From an uncultured Chloroflexia bacterium (GTDB lineage Bacteria; Chloroflexota; Dehalococcoidia; DSTF01; JALHUB01): a stretch of DNA of 64,000 nt. A program made the translations under genes and the position numbers. Each line of letters opens with the position of its first letter. The first letter of the stretch is position 1. Positions 1 through 10,513 of the stretch are shown piece by piece. The stretch is from contig OY969814.1 in the NCBI GenBank assembly GCA_963703345.1, forward strand, positions 2,112,001 to 2,176,000. The letters are read 5' to 3'. Under the pieces are notes generated by a model. It did not search any database, had not been told where the DNA came from, and saw nothing but the letters and a program-made list of their open reading frames with translations.

Positions 1-1
1 G

Positions 2-1114
2 CGACGCCCCGAACCGCGGGCCGACGATCAGCATGCAGACCGCCAGACCCCCAACCAGCGCCACGCCCGGCAGCGTCCGAAACGTCGTCCGGGAGTCCCC
101 TCTCCGACTCGCCGCCGGCCAGTAATCCGCCGTCGCGGACGCGGTCACCGGGAGCAGGAGGAGGACAGCGAACGGCACGTTTCGCACCGCCTGCAGGCTG
201 AAAGCGATGGCGACCAGCGACAGGAGCGCGAGGAACGGCCTGCGCCTCTGCCAGGGCAGCGAAAAGGCGAGCAGAACGAGCGTCAGGGCGATGGGGATGT
301 TGATGAGCTGGGAGAAGTCCGGCCGCTGCCACTCCATTATCAGCGAGCGGTCTGCGCGGCCTTCAAAAAGGTACCTGACGGGATACCAGAGGATGGCGGG
401 CCCGTTCGGATTGGCGAAGGTCGCGACGAGGCAGGCACCGGCCACCAGCAGCGGCGTCCGCAGGTTCACCGCGCGCGTGCGCAGCCAGCGGACGGCCTGG
501 ACGAGCGTCCAGACAGCCACGGCCATGAGCCCGTAGACGAACCCGAGATGCAGGTTGACCCAGAGCGCCATGAGTGGCGGGAGGACCCACAGGGGCACTG
601 CGTCGCCTTCCTCATTTCTCTGGAGCACGTACACGAAGACGGCGAACAAGAGCCAGGTGAACTCCTGCGGGCGGACGGCGACGAATCGGGCCATCACGAA
701 AATGGTCGGGAACATCAGGAGGACCAGCGGCTTCGTGCCGGCGCCGAGCCGACGCCCCAGCGAGTAGGCGACGAGCAGCGCTCCGCCTGCGACGGCCCCG
801 AAGAGCACGACGTTGCCGGCGTAGCCAAGCGTCGACTCCACGCCGTAGATAACGACTTCCGACAGCCACTCGTGCGTCACCCACGCCTTGCCCGCCGCCG
901 TCCACGAGAACGGGTCGTGCCGCGGAATGCCCGACTCCAGGATCAGCTTTCCGGTGCGCAGGTGCCACCAGAAGTCCGGGTCGACGGTCTTCGCCAGGGG
1001 CAACACCCCCACCACCATGAGGACGATCGCGAGCTGCACCCAGGCGATCGGGACGCGACGCCACAGCGAGGGCGACGCGAGGGCGGGGACGGACGGCGGG
1101 GCCGGTTGGTTCAC
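2..1114 (-). CDS. Multi-pass membrane protein, putative GT-C-fold glycosyltransferase-like (runs off the window start)
   Basis: Manual translation from GTG at 1114: VNQPAPP...DPDFWWHLRTGKLILESGIPRHDPFSWTAAGKAWVTHEWLSEV, followed by hydrophobic segments. Missing from the ORF track because its stop lies outside the window. Confidence 0.7.
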   Translation of the reverse strand, partial: MNQPAPPSVPALASPSLWRRVPIAWVQLAIVLMVVGVLPLAKTVDPDFWWHLRTGKLILESGIPRHDPFSWTAAGKAWVTHEWLSEVVIYGVESTLGYAGNVVLFGAVAGGALLVAYSLGRRLGAGTKPLVLLMFPTIFVMARFVAVRPQEFTWLLFAVFVYVLQRNEEGDAVPLWVLPPLMALWVNLHLGFVYGLMAVAVWTLVQAVRWLRTRAVNLRTPLLVAGACLVATFANPNGPAILWYPVRYLFEGRADRSLIMEWQRPDFSQLINIPIALTLVLLAFSLPWQRRRPFLALLSLVAIAFSLQAVRNVPFAVLLLLPVTASATADYWPAASRRGDSRTTFRTLPGVALVGGLAVCMLIVGPRFGAS

Positions 1115-1226
1115 GAGCGCATCATACAATCTGGAACGGCGGATCGCAAAGGGCGGCTAGTCGAGGCGGGGCGCAGCAGGACGGAATCTTGCGCTAATCT
1201 GCATAAATTGTTTCCGACCTAGGCAC

Positions 1227-1256
1227 TTGACAAGGCGGTCGTAACATCGGTAAAGT
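1227..1256 (+). promoter_or_regulatory. Sigma70-type promoter for the flp/tad operon
   Basis: TTGACA (1227-1232), 18-nt spacer, TAAAGT (1251-1256); about 470 nt upstream of the flp ATG. Confidence 0.5.
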
Positions 1257-1732
1257 TATGTCGTTAACCCTTATTGGTGGCAGTTCTGCAAGAAGGGGGA
1301 AGGAACCCCCGCCAATCCCCTTTTCGCAGCGCCCTCAAAGCAGTGTTGTCATTTGCATAATCGGTAAGCGCTGGCGTCGGCCACATTGTCATCGTCATGA
1401 CTATCGTCGAACGCCAGTGTGTGTATCTTACGAGGCGCAATCAATAACACGAGGTCCCGCCGGGGACAAGCCGACGGGACCGGAGCAACAGGAGCGCGGA
1501 GGCCCCCAGGTTGCGAGCCCAGTATAGCTTTCAGAGTTGAGCTCTCGCAATAGGGCGAAACACTGAATCTGGGCGAATGGGTTCATAAGCCTTTGTCTCT
1601 CCTGTCGCCTGCTGCCTTCAAGAACGGGCAAGCAGACCAGAGGGGGTGATGCCTGCGACACTGAACCGCGAAGCCAATCCTTCGAAAGGAAGGATGAAGT
1701 TCCACGATTCACCGAAAGGAGAGACAAGAGGA

Positions 1733-1951
1733 ATGCTAGACAAATTGGTAGTGAAGTTGATGGTCCTGAAGATGTGGCTCAGCGACGACCACGGCCAGGA
1801 CATCATGGAGTACGCTCTGCTGGGCGGCTTCATCGCCCTCGCGGCAGCGGCGGCGTTCGTGCTTCTCCCCATTGGGAGCTACATGAACGCGTTCGCGGGG
1901 ACGATCGGCAACTGCGTCAATCTGGGGGCCGCCAACTACGCTTGCCCCTAG
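1733..1951 (+). CDS. flp: Flp family type IVb/IVc major pilin
   Basis: 72 aa with G|QDIMEYALL prepilin motif (E+5, Y+6) followed by a hydrophobic helix; GAGGA before the ATG; first gene of the tad cluster. Confidence 0.9.
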   Translation: MLDKLVVKLMVLKMWLSDDHGQDIMEYALLGGFIALAAAAAFVLLPIGSYMNAFAGTIGNCVNLGAANYACP

Positions 1952-1967
1952 GATTTCGTCGGAACAT

Positions 1968-2001
1968 GGGGGTGCCCGCCCATACGGGCACCCCTCCTTT
2001 C
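1968..2001 (+). terminator. Hairpin after flp (partial terminator or mRNA-stabilising stem)
   Basis: GGGGTGCCCG-CCCATA-CGGGCACCCC followed by TCCTTT. Confidence 0.6.
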
Positions 2002-2013
2002 TTGGAGAGGGCG

Positions 2014-2517
2014 ATGAGCAAGAAGGATCGGCAACGTGGCCAAGCAATAGTTGAGTTTGCCATCCTGACGCCGGCCATATTTCTTTTCATTTTCATCATC
2101 GTGGACATGGGCATCGGGTTATCGCATTACGTGGTACTTACGAACGCCGCCCGCGAAGGTGCCCGCTATGCCGCCGCCGGAGCGCCGTCGGATAGCGGCT
2201 GCTCGCAGGCGTCGGTGGTCGACCGGGTGAGATGCAAGACCCTGGCACATGCGCAAAACCTCATATCCGACCCCCAGAAGATTGACGTGGCCTTCATTGA
2301 CAGAAATAGTAACGGCCAGGTTGACCCAGGCGACTCCGTGGTGATAAGGATCCACTACAGCTACAAGCTCATAACGGCCCTTGGTCTTTCCAATCGCATC
2401 GGTTGGCTTAGGTGGCCGGGCATTCAACCTCTAACAATGAACTCATGTGAAGATATGCGACTGGAACAGGTGACGAGCGATGCTAAGATTACACCATTGG
2501 CCACTCCCTGCTCCTAG
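2014..2517 (+). CDS. tadE: TadE-like minor pilin
   Basis: MSKKDRQRG|QAIVEFAIL, TM segment, LTNAAREGARYAA motif; RBS GGAGAGG. Confidence 0.85.
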   Translation: MSKKDRQRGQAIVEFAILTPAIFLFIFIIVDMGIGLSHYVVLTNAAREGARYAAAGAPSDSGCSQASVVDRVRCKTLAHAQNLISDPQKIDVAFIDRNSNGQVDPGDSVVIRIHYSYKLITALGLSNRIGWLRWPGIQPLTMNSCEDMRLEQVTSDAKITPLATPCS

Positions 2518-3841
2518 CTTTCGGAGGGCCGCGCCAAGCGCCCTCGTCAGGGGAGAACGGGGGCAAACGATCTTCTTCATGTTGCTGATCATACCCCTCT
2601 TCGCGATCGGCGCGGCAATCGCGATCGATTCCGGCGTCTGGTACTTGCACCGTCGAGCTCACCAGAACACGGCCGACGCTTCGGCGCTGGCGGGAGCCCA
2701 GGAATTGCTGTCCCGCACAAACTTGAACGACATGGTCAACCGGGCCACGCTGGCCGCGGACAATTGGAAGGGGTTCAACAATGACCCTCCCGCGGACTTT
2801 GCCAACGGTACGCCAACCGTACTGCCGAATTGTTGGGGGGTGCCCTCTTACGATGGCCTGCCTGACGGAGTCACTGTGGACGTGTCAAAGGATGCGCCGT
2901 TGCTCTTTATGAGGGCATTCAAGGTGGCGGGCTTCAATATCGGCGCCCATGCCAAGGTGTGTGTGGGCTCGCCTCAGACGGCTGATATGTTTCTGCCGTT
3001 GGGTATACCCATCCTGGACTCTTCGTGTTTCAGAACTGACCCTCTTACCGGCCAGCGCGTACCGCTATTCGGGCAGGAGTGCAGTGTTGCTCTTAAGGTC
3101 TCTGCCAGCAATTCCGGCGAGGGACAGTACCTCAAACTCTATGACGATTGGAGCCAACCAGGGTGCAGCGAAGGTGCCAACGGCATAAACAACAACGTAA
3201 TCACGGCCCAGTTCGATCGCGGTGCGCACACTTGGTGTGCTGTGGCCCTTCCGGGCTCCTCCTGTCCTGCCTCCGGTAACCCTGCCGTGGGGTACTGCAT
3301 CGAGTCGGATACAGGAAACAGGTCAAAGGCCGCTATGCAAGGACTTAATGCACGACTGGGGCGGGAAGGAGCGTGCAACAGTCTCTACGGACCGGATTTC
3401 GGAACCAGCGGCAACGGTATCGACGATTGGTGGGAGGCTTTGTGCGCGGAGGGGGTGGGTTGCGGGCCGGCGTTGCGCTCCGTAACGCCGGGACCGAATG
3501 TTACGTTTGTAAAGCGCGACTGCTCATCGGACGGATCGGGGCTTACTTCCCCCCGGCTCGTGAATCTCCTCCTTGTGGATCGATTCCCGTCCGGTGGTAA
3601 CTGCACGGGCCAACACACCTGCCCAATTCGCGGGTTCGCGGGCTTCTTTATTCAAGGCTGCTATGATGACGCGAACCAGAACGGGCAACGTGATGCGAAC
3701 GAACCTCTTGATCCAAAGTGCGGTAACGTCAACAGCGGCCACGCTGCCATCCAGGGTATGTTCATCAACTATGTTGATATCGGCGGGCCGGGAGCGCCGG
3801 CAACTCCCTACGGAAGAATGCAGCTTTACTTAGTTCAATAG
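2480..3841 (+). CDS. TadG-like pseudopilin with large Cys-rich C-terminal domain (putative tip adhesin)
   Basis: ERG|QTIFF, TM segment, then IDSG..Y..R...QNTADASALAGA Tad-domain motif; many Cys in the C-terminal region; start uncertain. Confidence 0.8.
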   Translation: MLRLHHWPLPAPSFRRAAPSALVRGERGQTIFFMLLIIPLFAIGAAIAIDSGVWYLHRRAHQNTADASALAGAQELLSRTNLNDMVNRATLAADNWKGFNNDPPADFANGTPTVLPNCWGVPSYDGLPDGVTVDVSKDAPLLFMRAFKVAGFNIGAHAKVCVGSPQTADMFLPLGIPILDSSCFRTDPLTGQRVPLFGQECSVALKVSASNSGEGQYLKLYDDWSQPGCSEGANGINNNVITAQFDRGAHTWCAVALPGSSCPASGNPAVGYCIESDTGNRSKAAMQGLNARLGREGACNSLYGPDFGTSGNGIDDWWEALCAEGVGCGPALRSVTPGPNVTFVKRDCSSDGSGLTSPRLVNLLLVDRFPSGGNCTGQHTCPIRGFAGFFIQGCYDDANQNGQRDANEPLDPKCGNVNSGHAAIQGMFINYVDIGGPGAPATPYGRMQLYLVQ

Positions 3842-3853
3842 CGGAGGAAGAGC

Positions 3854-4687
3854 ATGGCAAGTCAAATGTCCAAGGTATCAAGAGGGTCCGGGCGCGGACT
3901 GCTGCTGCTGGCCCTGCTCTTCGCAATCGTGGCGGCCATCCTTGCCTTCGTCGCCCTCGGCCGCGGCAGCAATAACAACAAGAACGAAGCCGCCGCCTCC
4001 GACACGAAGACGGTCGTCGTCGCCGCACAGGACATAGCGGCGCGCACGACCCTCGACAGCAGCATGCTCAAGCTCGCCGACGTGCCGAAGGACAGCGTCC
4101 TTGCCAACGGCTACTCGTCCACCGATGCCGTCGTCGGCCAGACGACCCGCTACCCGCTCGTAGAGAACGAGCAGGTCACAGCGTTGAAGATAGGCGTCAC
4201 CAGCGACACGAAGGACCAGGGGCTTTCGGCCGTCGTGCCGTCGGGCACGCGTGCCTTCTCCATCACAATATCCGAGGAAAGCAGTGTCGGCGGCCTCGTC
4301 CTGCCCGGCGACCTGGTGGATATCATCGCCATCTTCGACTCCGGCCTCGTCGGCGTCGACAAGAGCGTAACGCTTCTCCAGAACATCGAGGTACTGGCCG
4401 TGGCGCAGGAAGCGCAGGAGGCCGTCCCGCCGGTCCAGGCGACTCAAACGGCGACGCCCGTGCCGTCTGGGACTCTGGGGGAGCGCCCGTCGGACGTCAA
4501 GCCGAACCCCAGTGCGCGCACGGTGACGCTGGCGGTGACAGAGGACCAGGCGCAGCTCCTGGCGCTGGTGCAGGCGCAGGGCAAGCTGGCGCTGTCGCTC
4601 CGCTCCTACGGCGACCACGCCACAGGCACGCCTGCGGAGACCGACCTTACCCAATACGGCGCCGTACGGAAGGCCCCATCCCCCTAG
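3854..4687 (+). CDS. cpaB: Flp pilus assembly protein CpaB/RcpC
   Basis: N-terminal TM, SAF-like VVVAAQDI, GLVLPGDLVDII, LLQNIEVLAV, VTLAVT...LALSLRS. Confidence 0.9.
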   Translation: MASQMSKVSRGSGRGLLLLALLFAIVAAILAFVALGRGSNNNKNEAAASDTKTVVVAAQDIAARTTLDSSMLKLADVPKDSVLANGYSSTDAVVGQTTRYPLVENEQVTALKIGVTSDTKDQGLSAVVPSGTRAFSITISEESSVGGLVLPGDLVDIIAIFDSGLVGVDKSVTLLQNIEVLAVAQEAQEAVPPVQATQTATPVPSGTLGERPSDVKPNPSARTVTLAVTEDQAQLLALVQAQGKLALSLRSYGDHATGTPAETDLTQYGAVRKAPSP

Positions 4688-4696
4688 GAGTGAATA

Positions 4697-5938
4697 ATGG
4701 CGAAAATCCCCGCTGTGCTAGTGATCGATCAGGACGCGAAGGCCCGCTACGAGTTGAAGAAGGCCATCAAGCAATCGAACTTCGTTATCGCCGGTGAGGC
4801 CGGCTTCGGCACCGAGGCGGTATCGACAGCGGTGGAGCTGAAGCCCGACGTCGTGCTCCTGGGCATGCGCGAGCCGGTCGTGCGCTCGATGCAGACCGTG
4901 GAGTCGCTGCTCAACGCCCTGCCGGAGACGCCGGTCATCGTCTATTCGTCGTCGCGCGACATCGACCTGGCGCGTCGGGCCATGCTGGCGGGCGCCCGCG
5001 ACTACTTGACGATGCCCGCGAGCACGGACGAAGTCGGCCGGTCCATAGTCTCCGTGCTGGAGTCGGAGGAGCGGCGGCAGATGCGGCTGCGCGGACAGAC
5101 GGCCGCCTGGGGCCCGCAGGGCAGCGTCATCGCCGTCTTTGGCGCCAAGGGAGGCGTCGGCAAGACGACAGTGGCGGTAAACCTGGCGGCGGCGCTTGTG
5201 CAGGAGACCGGGCAGTCGATCGTGCTGGTGGACGGGGACAACGGCTTCGGCGACGTCTGCGGGATGCTGGACATGCAGCCGGAGCGCAGCATCGTCGACC
5301 TGGCGCGCGACCTGTCGAAGGTGACGCGCGACACGCTCCCCAAGTACCTGATGCAACATTCGAGCGGGCTCAACGTGTTGGCCGCGCCGTCGCAGACGAT
5401 GGACTGGCGCAGCATCAAGCCCGACGACTTCCGCAAGATAATGGAACTGCTCTCCAAGAGCCATGACATTGTCGTTATCGACACCGCGGGCATCTTGAAC
5501 GATCTGACGCTGGCCGCTCTCCAGGCCGCGTCGCTGGTGCTATGGGTCGTGACGACTGAGTTCGCGAGCGTGCGCGATTCGCTGCGGGCGCTAGAGGCGT
5601 TGCGATCGGCGTCGTACCCGGAGGACAGGGTGCGCGTGATCACGAACGACCTGGCGACGCGCGACGGCGTCCGCACAACGACGATCGAAGAGGTGATGGG
5701 ACACGAGGTGTTCTGGAAGGTGCCCTTCGACCAGAAGGTGCGTCGCGACTCCCAGATCGGCGAGCCGGCGGTGCTGAAGCACCCGTTGACGGCGGGGGCG
5801 CGCAACCTCACAGACCTGGCACGGACGGTAGTCGGCATCAAGCCGGCGCGCCGGGGTCTATTCACTCGCTTGGGGCTATCCAGGGGCTGGGAAGGTGAAC
5901 GTCAGCGTAAGACCACCACAAAGGAGAGCCAGGCGTGA
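4697..5938 (+). CDS. cpaE: CpaE/TadZ: receiver domain plus MinD/ParA-like ATPase
   Basis: N-terminal atypical receiver (phosphoacceptor Asp appears replaced: DVVLLG); deviant Walker A KGGVGKTT. Confidence 0.85.
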   Translation: MAKIPAVLVIDQDAKARYELKKAIKQSNFVIAGEAGFGTEAVSTAVELKPDVVLLGMREPVVRSMQTVESLLNALPETPVIVYSSSRDIDLARRAMLAGARDYLTMPASTDEVGRSIVSVLESEERRQMRLRGQTAAWGPQGSVIAVFGAKGGVGKTTVAVNLAAALVQETGQSIVLVDGDNGFGDVCGMLDMQPERSIVDLARDLSKVTRDTLPKYLMQHSSGLNVLAAPSQTMDWRSIKPDDFRKIMELLSKSHDIVVIDTAGILNDLTLAALQAASLVLWVVTTEFASVRDSLRALEALRSASYPEDRVRVITNDLATRDGVRTTTIEEVMGHEVFWKVPFDQKVRRDSQIGEPAVLKHPLTAGARNLTDLARTVVGIKPARRGLFTRLGLSRGWEGERQRKTTTKESQA

Positions 5939-7284
5939 TGAAAGAAATAGACGAGACCACAGAAATGGCGCGGCCGCCCATTCAAGTCGTACCCGACGAG
6001 GACGGACAGCGCATGTCCGAGGAAGAATTCGAGCTGGTGTTCAACGTCCATCAGAACCTGATCCGCGAGATCGACCTCGAGGCGGTGGAGAAGTTGGCTC
6101 CGGCGGAGGCGAGGGAGGCGGTGGAGGTGACGGCGCGTACCCTGCTGGGGCAGCTCGCGCCTTCAGTTTACGGCGAGGAGAAGGAGCGCGTCGTGCACCG
6201 CGTCGTCGACGAGGCGATCGGCCTGGGGCCTATCGAGCCGCTGCTCGGCGACACGTCGATCTCCGAGGTCATGGTCAACGCGCCGGACGAAGTCTACTAC
6301 GAGCGCGACGGCATCATGTACCTCTCGGACGTGCGCTTCCGCGACAAAGTGCACATCATGCGCATCATCGACCGGATCATCTCGCCGCTGGGTCGCCGCG
6401 TCGATGAGTCGTCGCCCTACGTTGACGCCCGCTTGCCGGACGGCTCGCGCGTCAACGTCATCATCCCGCCGCTGGTGCCCAAGAGCCCCATCCTGACGAT
6501 ACGCAAGTTCCGGCCGGACAAGTACACCATCGCGGACCTCATCGGCAACAACACGCTGACGGAGCAGCTATCGGATTTCCTCCAGGCGTGCGTGCGTCTG
6601 CGGTTGAACACGGTGATCTCCGGCGGCGCCGGCACCGGCAAGACGACGTTGCTCAACGCGATCTCCGCCTATATCCCGAGTAGTGAGCGGATCATTACCA
6701 TCGAAGACCCCATTGAGCTGAAGCTCCAGCAGAGCCACGTGATCTGCATGGAGGGACGGCCGCCGAACATCGAGGGCAAGAATGAGGTGACGCAGCGCGA
6801 CCTGTTCCGCAACGCTCTCCGTATGCGCCCGGACCGCATCATTGTCGGCGAAGTGCGCGGCCCAGAGGCGTTCGACATGATGCAGGCGATGAACACCGGC
6901 CACGAGGGGTCGATGACCACAGTACACGCCAACTCCACGCGCGACGCCCTGGCCCGCATCGAGAACATGGTGCTTATGGCCGGCCTCGATCTGCCCGTGC
7001 GCGCTATCCGCGAGCAGATGGCTTCGGCATTCCACCTCATGGTGCACCTTAGCCGCTCTGCCGACGGCCGCCGTCGCGTCACGCTTGTAAGCGAGATCAC
7101 GGGCATGGAGTCCCAGGTCGTCACGATGCAGGACCTCTTCCGTTTCGAGCAGACAGGCATCGACGCAGAGGGTCGCCTCTTTGGCGTCCTTGAGCCGACG
7201 GGCATCATGCCCACGTTCATGGACCGCTTCGCCAAGAGTGGCGTTAGCCTCGACTGGGGCGTACCGACCGGACTCAGGTTGTAA
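5935..7284 (+). CDS. cpaF: CpaF/TadA pilus assembly ATPase
   Basis: [47 protein letters not shown]. Confidence 0.95.
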   Translation: MMKEIDETTEMARPPIQVVPDEDGQRMSEEEFELVFNVHQNLIREIDLEAVEKLAPAEAREAVEVTARTLLGQLAPSVYGEEKERVVHRVVDEAIGLGPIEPLLGDTSISEVMVNAPDEVYYERDGIMYLSDVRFRDKVHIMRIIDRIISPLGRRVDESSPYVDARLPDGSRVNVIIPPLVPKSPILTIRKFRPDKYTIADLIGNNTLTEQLSDFLQACVRLRLNTVISGGAGTGKTTLLNAISAYIPSSERIITIEDPIELKLQQSHVICMEGRPPNIEGKNEVTQRDLFRNALRMRPDRIIVGEVRGPEAFDMMQAMNTGHEGSMTTVHANSTRDALARIENMVLMAGLDLPVRAIREQMASAFHLMVHLSRSADGRRRVTLVSEITGMESQVVTMQDLFRFEQTGIDAEGRLFGVLEPTGIMPTFMDRFAKSGVSLDWGVPTGLRL

Positions 7285-7287
7285 CTC

Positions 7288-8253
7288 ATGGTAGCCGGAC
7301 TTGCCGCAGCCTTCGTCCTTGTCGCGCTGCTTTGCGCCGCTGTCGGGTTCTACATGATGAATGCCGGCGGCGAAGAGGAGAGGCGTCTGCGCACCCTCAA
7401 GGCGCAGGGCTCCGCGCAGGGGGCGGAGGCGCGTTCATTGCTGCGACGCAGCGCCTCCGCAATACCCACGTTGCGGCGCGCCCTCGACACGAGCAGTTGG
7501 GCCGACCGCGCGGCCCTCGATCTGGACCGCGCGCATATCAGCCTGCGCGTCGGCGAGTACTTGATGATACGCATCTTTACGGCCGCGCTCCTGCTCGCGA
7601 TTCCCCTGCTCGTAGCTCATGGGCAAATCGTCGGGCTATTCGTGGCGATACCGCTGGCGCTCGTGGGGTTCATGCTTCCGGCCCTCTACGTGACGCTGAA
7701 GAAGCGACGCCGGCTGCACGCAATCGACCGCCAGCTCGTCGAAGGGCTGAGCCATATTGCCAACTCCATTCGTGCGGGCTTCGCGATGTTGCAGGCAATC
7801 GATGCCGCAGCTCAGCGGCTACAGCCGCCGCTGTCGGAGGAGTTCTCACGACTTGTCACTGACGTACGCCTCGGGGCAAGCCTGGAGGATGCTCTGACGG
7901 CGATGGGCGACCGTGTGGGCAGCTACGACCTAGACATGGTGATCACGGCGATCCTCATCCAGCGCAGCACCGGCGGCAACCTGTCGGAGGTGCTAGACAA
8001 CGTCGCAGAGACTATCCGGGAGCGAGACCGCATTACCGGCGAGGTGCGCGTGCTGACGGCCCAGATGCGTTTCGCGGCGTCGGTGCTTTCGCTCTGGCCG
8101 GTAGCGTTGGGAGGCATCTTCTTCCTGCTGAACCCGAACCTAATGTCGAACCTGTGGACGGAGCCGGCGGGAGTTGTCTTGCTCGTCATAGCAGTCGTGC
8201 TGCAAGTACTCGGATTTTTCACGATACGACGTATTGTTGCCATTGAGATATAG
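7288..8253 (+). CDS. tadB: TadB (T2SSF family) platform protein
   Basis: TM segments, IRAGF...[22 protein letters not shown]. Confidence 0.9.
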   Translation: MVAGLAAAFVLVALLCAAVGFYMMNAGGEEERRLRTLKAQGSAQGAEARSLLRRSASAIPTLRRALDTSSWADRAALDLDRAHISLRVGEYLMIRIFTAALLLAIPLLVAHGQIVGLFVAIPLALVGFMLPALYVTLKKRRRLHAIDRQLVEGLSHIANSIRAGFAMLQAIDAAAQRLQPPLSEEFSRLVTDVRLGASLEDALTAMGDRVGSYDLDMVITAILIQRSTGGNLSEVLDNVAETIRERDRITGEVRVLTAQMRFAASVLSLWPVALGGIFFLLNPNLMSNLWTEPAGVVLLVIAVVLQVLGFFTIRRIVAIEI

Positions 8254-8261
8254 GTCGTGAG

Positions 8262-9173
8262 ATGTTCCTGCCAATCCTGAGCTCGGTCTTCGTCTTTCTC
8301 GCCGTAGGGTCGGTGGCCGTCTGGCGATTCCAGCAGGCGAACGCCCAGCTCAACGCCCGACTGCAGGCGCTGGCCGATCAGAGGGCGCAGTCGCTTGCCT
8401 TACGCGACATTCCTTTCGAGCATCGCGTGGTGTTGCCGGTCGTCGATGGCATTGCGAGCGCAATAATCGCCGCCCTACCGCCGGCGTTTATTGCCCGAAC
8501 GCGACGCACTCTCGTCGCCGCCGGCGACCCAATGGCACTCGTCACGTTTTTTGCGCTCGTCATCCTCCTGGCTGTGATGCTTCCGGGGACGTACCTCATC
8601 GTCGCCTACGCGGCTAACGGCAGCGCGCTTTCCGCCAAGATTATTCTTGGCGCGCCGCTGTTTGCGCTTCTCGGCGTGATGGTGCCATTCCTCTGGCTGC
8701 GACGTCGCGCCAGCCGGCGCCGGCTCATAATCTGGCGCGGCCTACCAGACGCCTTCGACCTGATGACGACCTGTGTCGAAGCCGGTCTGGGGCTCGACTC
8801 CGCCTTCCAGAAGGTTTCGGAAAAGCTCGGCGGCCCCGTCTCCGATGAGTTCGCGGAGATGCTACGCGAGGTGGCGATGGGCAAGACACGCCGCGAGGCT
8901 CTGCGTGACATGGGGGAGCGCACGGGTGTGCCCGACCTTCAGGCTTTCGCCAACACCATCGTTCAGGCGGAAGAGTTGGGAACGAGCCTGGGTGCAGCCT
9001 TACGGGCCCAAGCGGCCGATATGCGCCGCCGCCGCCGGCAGCATGCCGAAGAAGAGGCGCGGCGCGCACCGTCGAAGATGGTATTCCCTCTCGTCTTCTT
9101 CATCCTTCCCTCACTGTTCGTGGTCATCCTCGGACCGATCGCCATTGAGTTGATAAAGACTTTCAACAGTTAG
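8262..9173 (+). CDS. tadC: TadC (T2SSF family) platform protein
   Basis: LPDAFDLMTTCVEAGLGLD, QAEELGTS, KMVFPLVFFILPSLF. Confidence 0.9.
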   Translation: MFLPILSSVFVFLAVGSVAVWRFQQANAQLNARLQALADQRAQSLALRDIPFEHRVVLPVVDGIASAIIAALPPAFIARTRRTLVAAGDPMALVTFFALVILLAVMLPGTYLIVAYAANGSALSAKIILGAPLFALLGVMVPFLWLRRRASRRRLIIWRGLPDAFDLMTTCVEAGLGLDSAFQKVSEKLGGPVSDEFAEMLREVAMGKTRREALRDMGERTGVPDLQAFANTIVQAEELGTSLGAALRAQAADMRRRRRQHAEEEARRAPSKMVFPLVFFILPSLFVVILGPIAIELIKTFNS

Positions 9174-9186
9174 CGAGGGTCGTGTC

Positions 9187-10512
9187 GTGAAGGCCAAGAA
9201 ACATGTTGACGGACACGGCTCCCCCGCAGCACCAGACGACCACTATCGTCTCCTTCAACTGGATCCCGATGCCCCTCAACAACTGATCGCCGAGGCGTAC
9301 TGGTTTCTGGCCAGCCGGTTGCGCGCCGAAAAGCTCGTCAGGAGAAGCGCCGAACGCGAGCTCGTCGGGCTGAACGCCGCCTACCAGATCCTTGCCGTCG
9401 CCGAGCAGCGGCGCGCTTACGACGCGACGGTTGCGCGGGTGCTCGACCTCCGACGAGAACGCGCGGAGAGGATCGACGCTAGCCGGCAGTCGTTCCCGGG
9501 GCGTCTGTTCAGGAAACCGCAGCGGCCTCAGGTCGATTTCTACGAGTTGCTACGAGTCGATCCCGCTGCCGAGCCGCCGCTTATCGCGCGCGCCTACTCG
9601 ATGCTGCGGATGCTCCATTCGAAGAAAGCGGCCGGCGAGGCGCCGAAGGAATACCTCAGCGAGCTGGCGCAGGCGCGGGCCGTCCTCCTCGACCGCGCGC
9701 GTCGCGCCGCCTACGACAAGTCGCGGTTACAGCCGGCACCCGCGCCCGAAGCGAAGCCCGCCGAGGCGCCGGAAGTAGCTGCCGAGACCGTCGCCGTCAA
9801 ACCGAAGGCGGTAGAGCGGCCGGAAAGGCCTGCAAGCCCCGGGTGGCAGGCGCGCGCGGCGCCGGCAATGTCGAAGGCGCTCGGCGCCGCCGCGAAGGGA
9901 GGCGGTCGGCTCGCTGTTGCCAGTGGACGGATAGGTTATCGCGGCCTCTCCGTGACGGCAAAAGGCGGCGCCAAAGGTTTCGCAGCGACGCTCCGGGCCG
10001 GCGGGCGTGCCGCCGAGCGGTTGCGATCGTCGGAACCGGTCAAGAGGCCAGCGGCTCCGCTACCTGACGACCGCCTGCTCCGGGACATCTCTCCGGCGGC
10101 GAGAGCGCGGAGAATGGCGCTCGATGGCCCTCGCCACGGCCGCCTCGTCGTGCACAGTCCGGAGGGTCAGGAGGAGACAGTTGACCTAGGTGAGGAGCCC
10201 GTCACCCTGGGCAGCGACCGCGAGTGCGACGTTCGACTGGCCGCAGAGCCTGGGCCGGTGGCGCCCGCGCACGCTCAGATCTGGTTCACGGGAGAGCGTT
10301 TCGTCATCCGCTCCCTCGACCCGATACACCCGACAGTTCTCTGCGGGCAGAGAGTGAACTGGGCCGGCCTCGACGACGGCGACGAAATCGAGATCGGGCC
10401 GCACCGCTTGAGATTCGAGGCAGCCCATGCCTTGGACGCCCCGCCTGAATTCCTGACAACGGAACGCAACGCCGCAACCCGCGGGGAAGAAATTCCGGAA
10501 AGGCACGAATAA
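9187..10512 (+). CDS. Protein with two degenerate DnaJ-like domains and a C-terminal FHA-like domain
   Basis: Two D-x-Y-x-LL-x-x-DP...AY...RxAYD repeats, both lacking HPD; C-terminal VTLGSDRECDVRL...HAQI...LDDGDEIEIG. Confidence 0.7.
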   Translation: MKAKKHVDGHGSPAAPDDHYRLLQLDPDAPQQLIAEAYWFLASRLRAEKLVRRSAERELVGLNAAYQILAVAEQRRAYDATVARVLDLRRERAERIDASRQSFPGRLFRKPQRPQVDFYELLRVDPAAEPPLIARAYSMLRMLHSKKAAGEAPKEYLSELAQARAVLLDRARRAAYDKSRLQPAPAPEAKPAEAPEVAAETVAVKPKAVERPERPASPGWQARAAPAMSKALGAAAKGGGRLAVASGRIGYRGLSVTAKGGAKGFAATLRAGGRAAERLRSSEPVKRPAAPLPDDRLLRDISPAARARRMALDGPRHGRLVVHSPEGQEETVDLGEEPVTLGSDRECDVRLAAEPGPVAPAHAQIWFTGERFVIRSLDPIHPTVLCGQRVNWAGLDDGDEIEIGPHRLRFEAAHALDAPPEFLTTERNAATRGEEIPERHE

Positions 10513-10513
10513 G

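Noticed and set aside
548-1222. 224-aa + strand ORF
   Set aside because: Shadow of the minus-strand membrane protein gene that runs off the window
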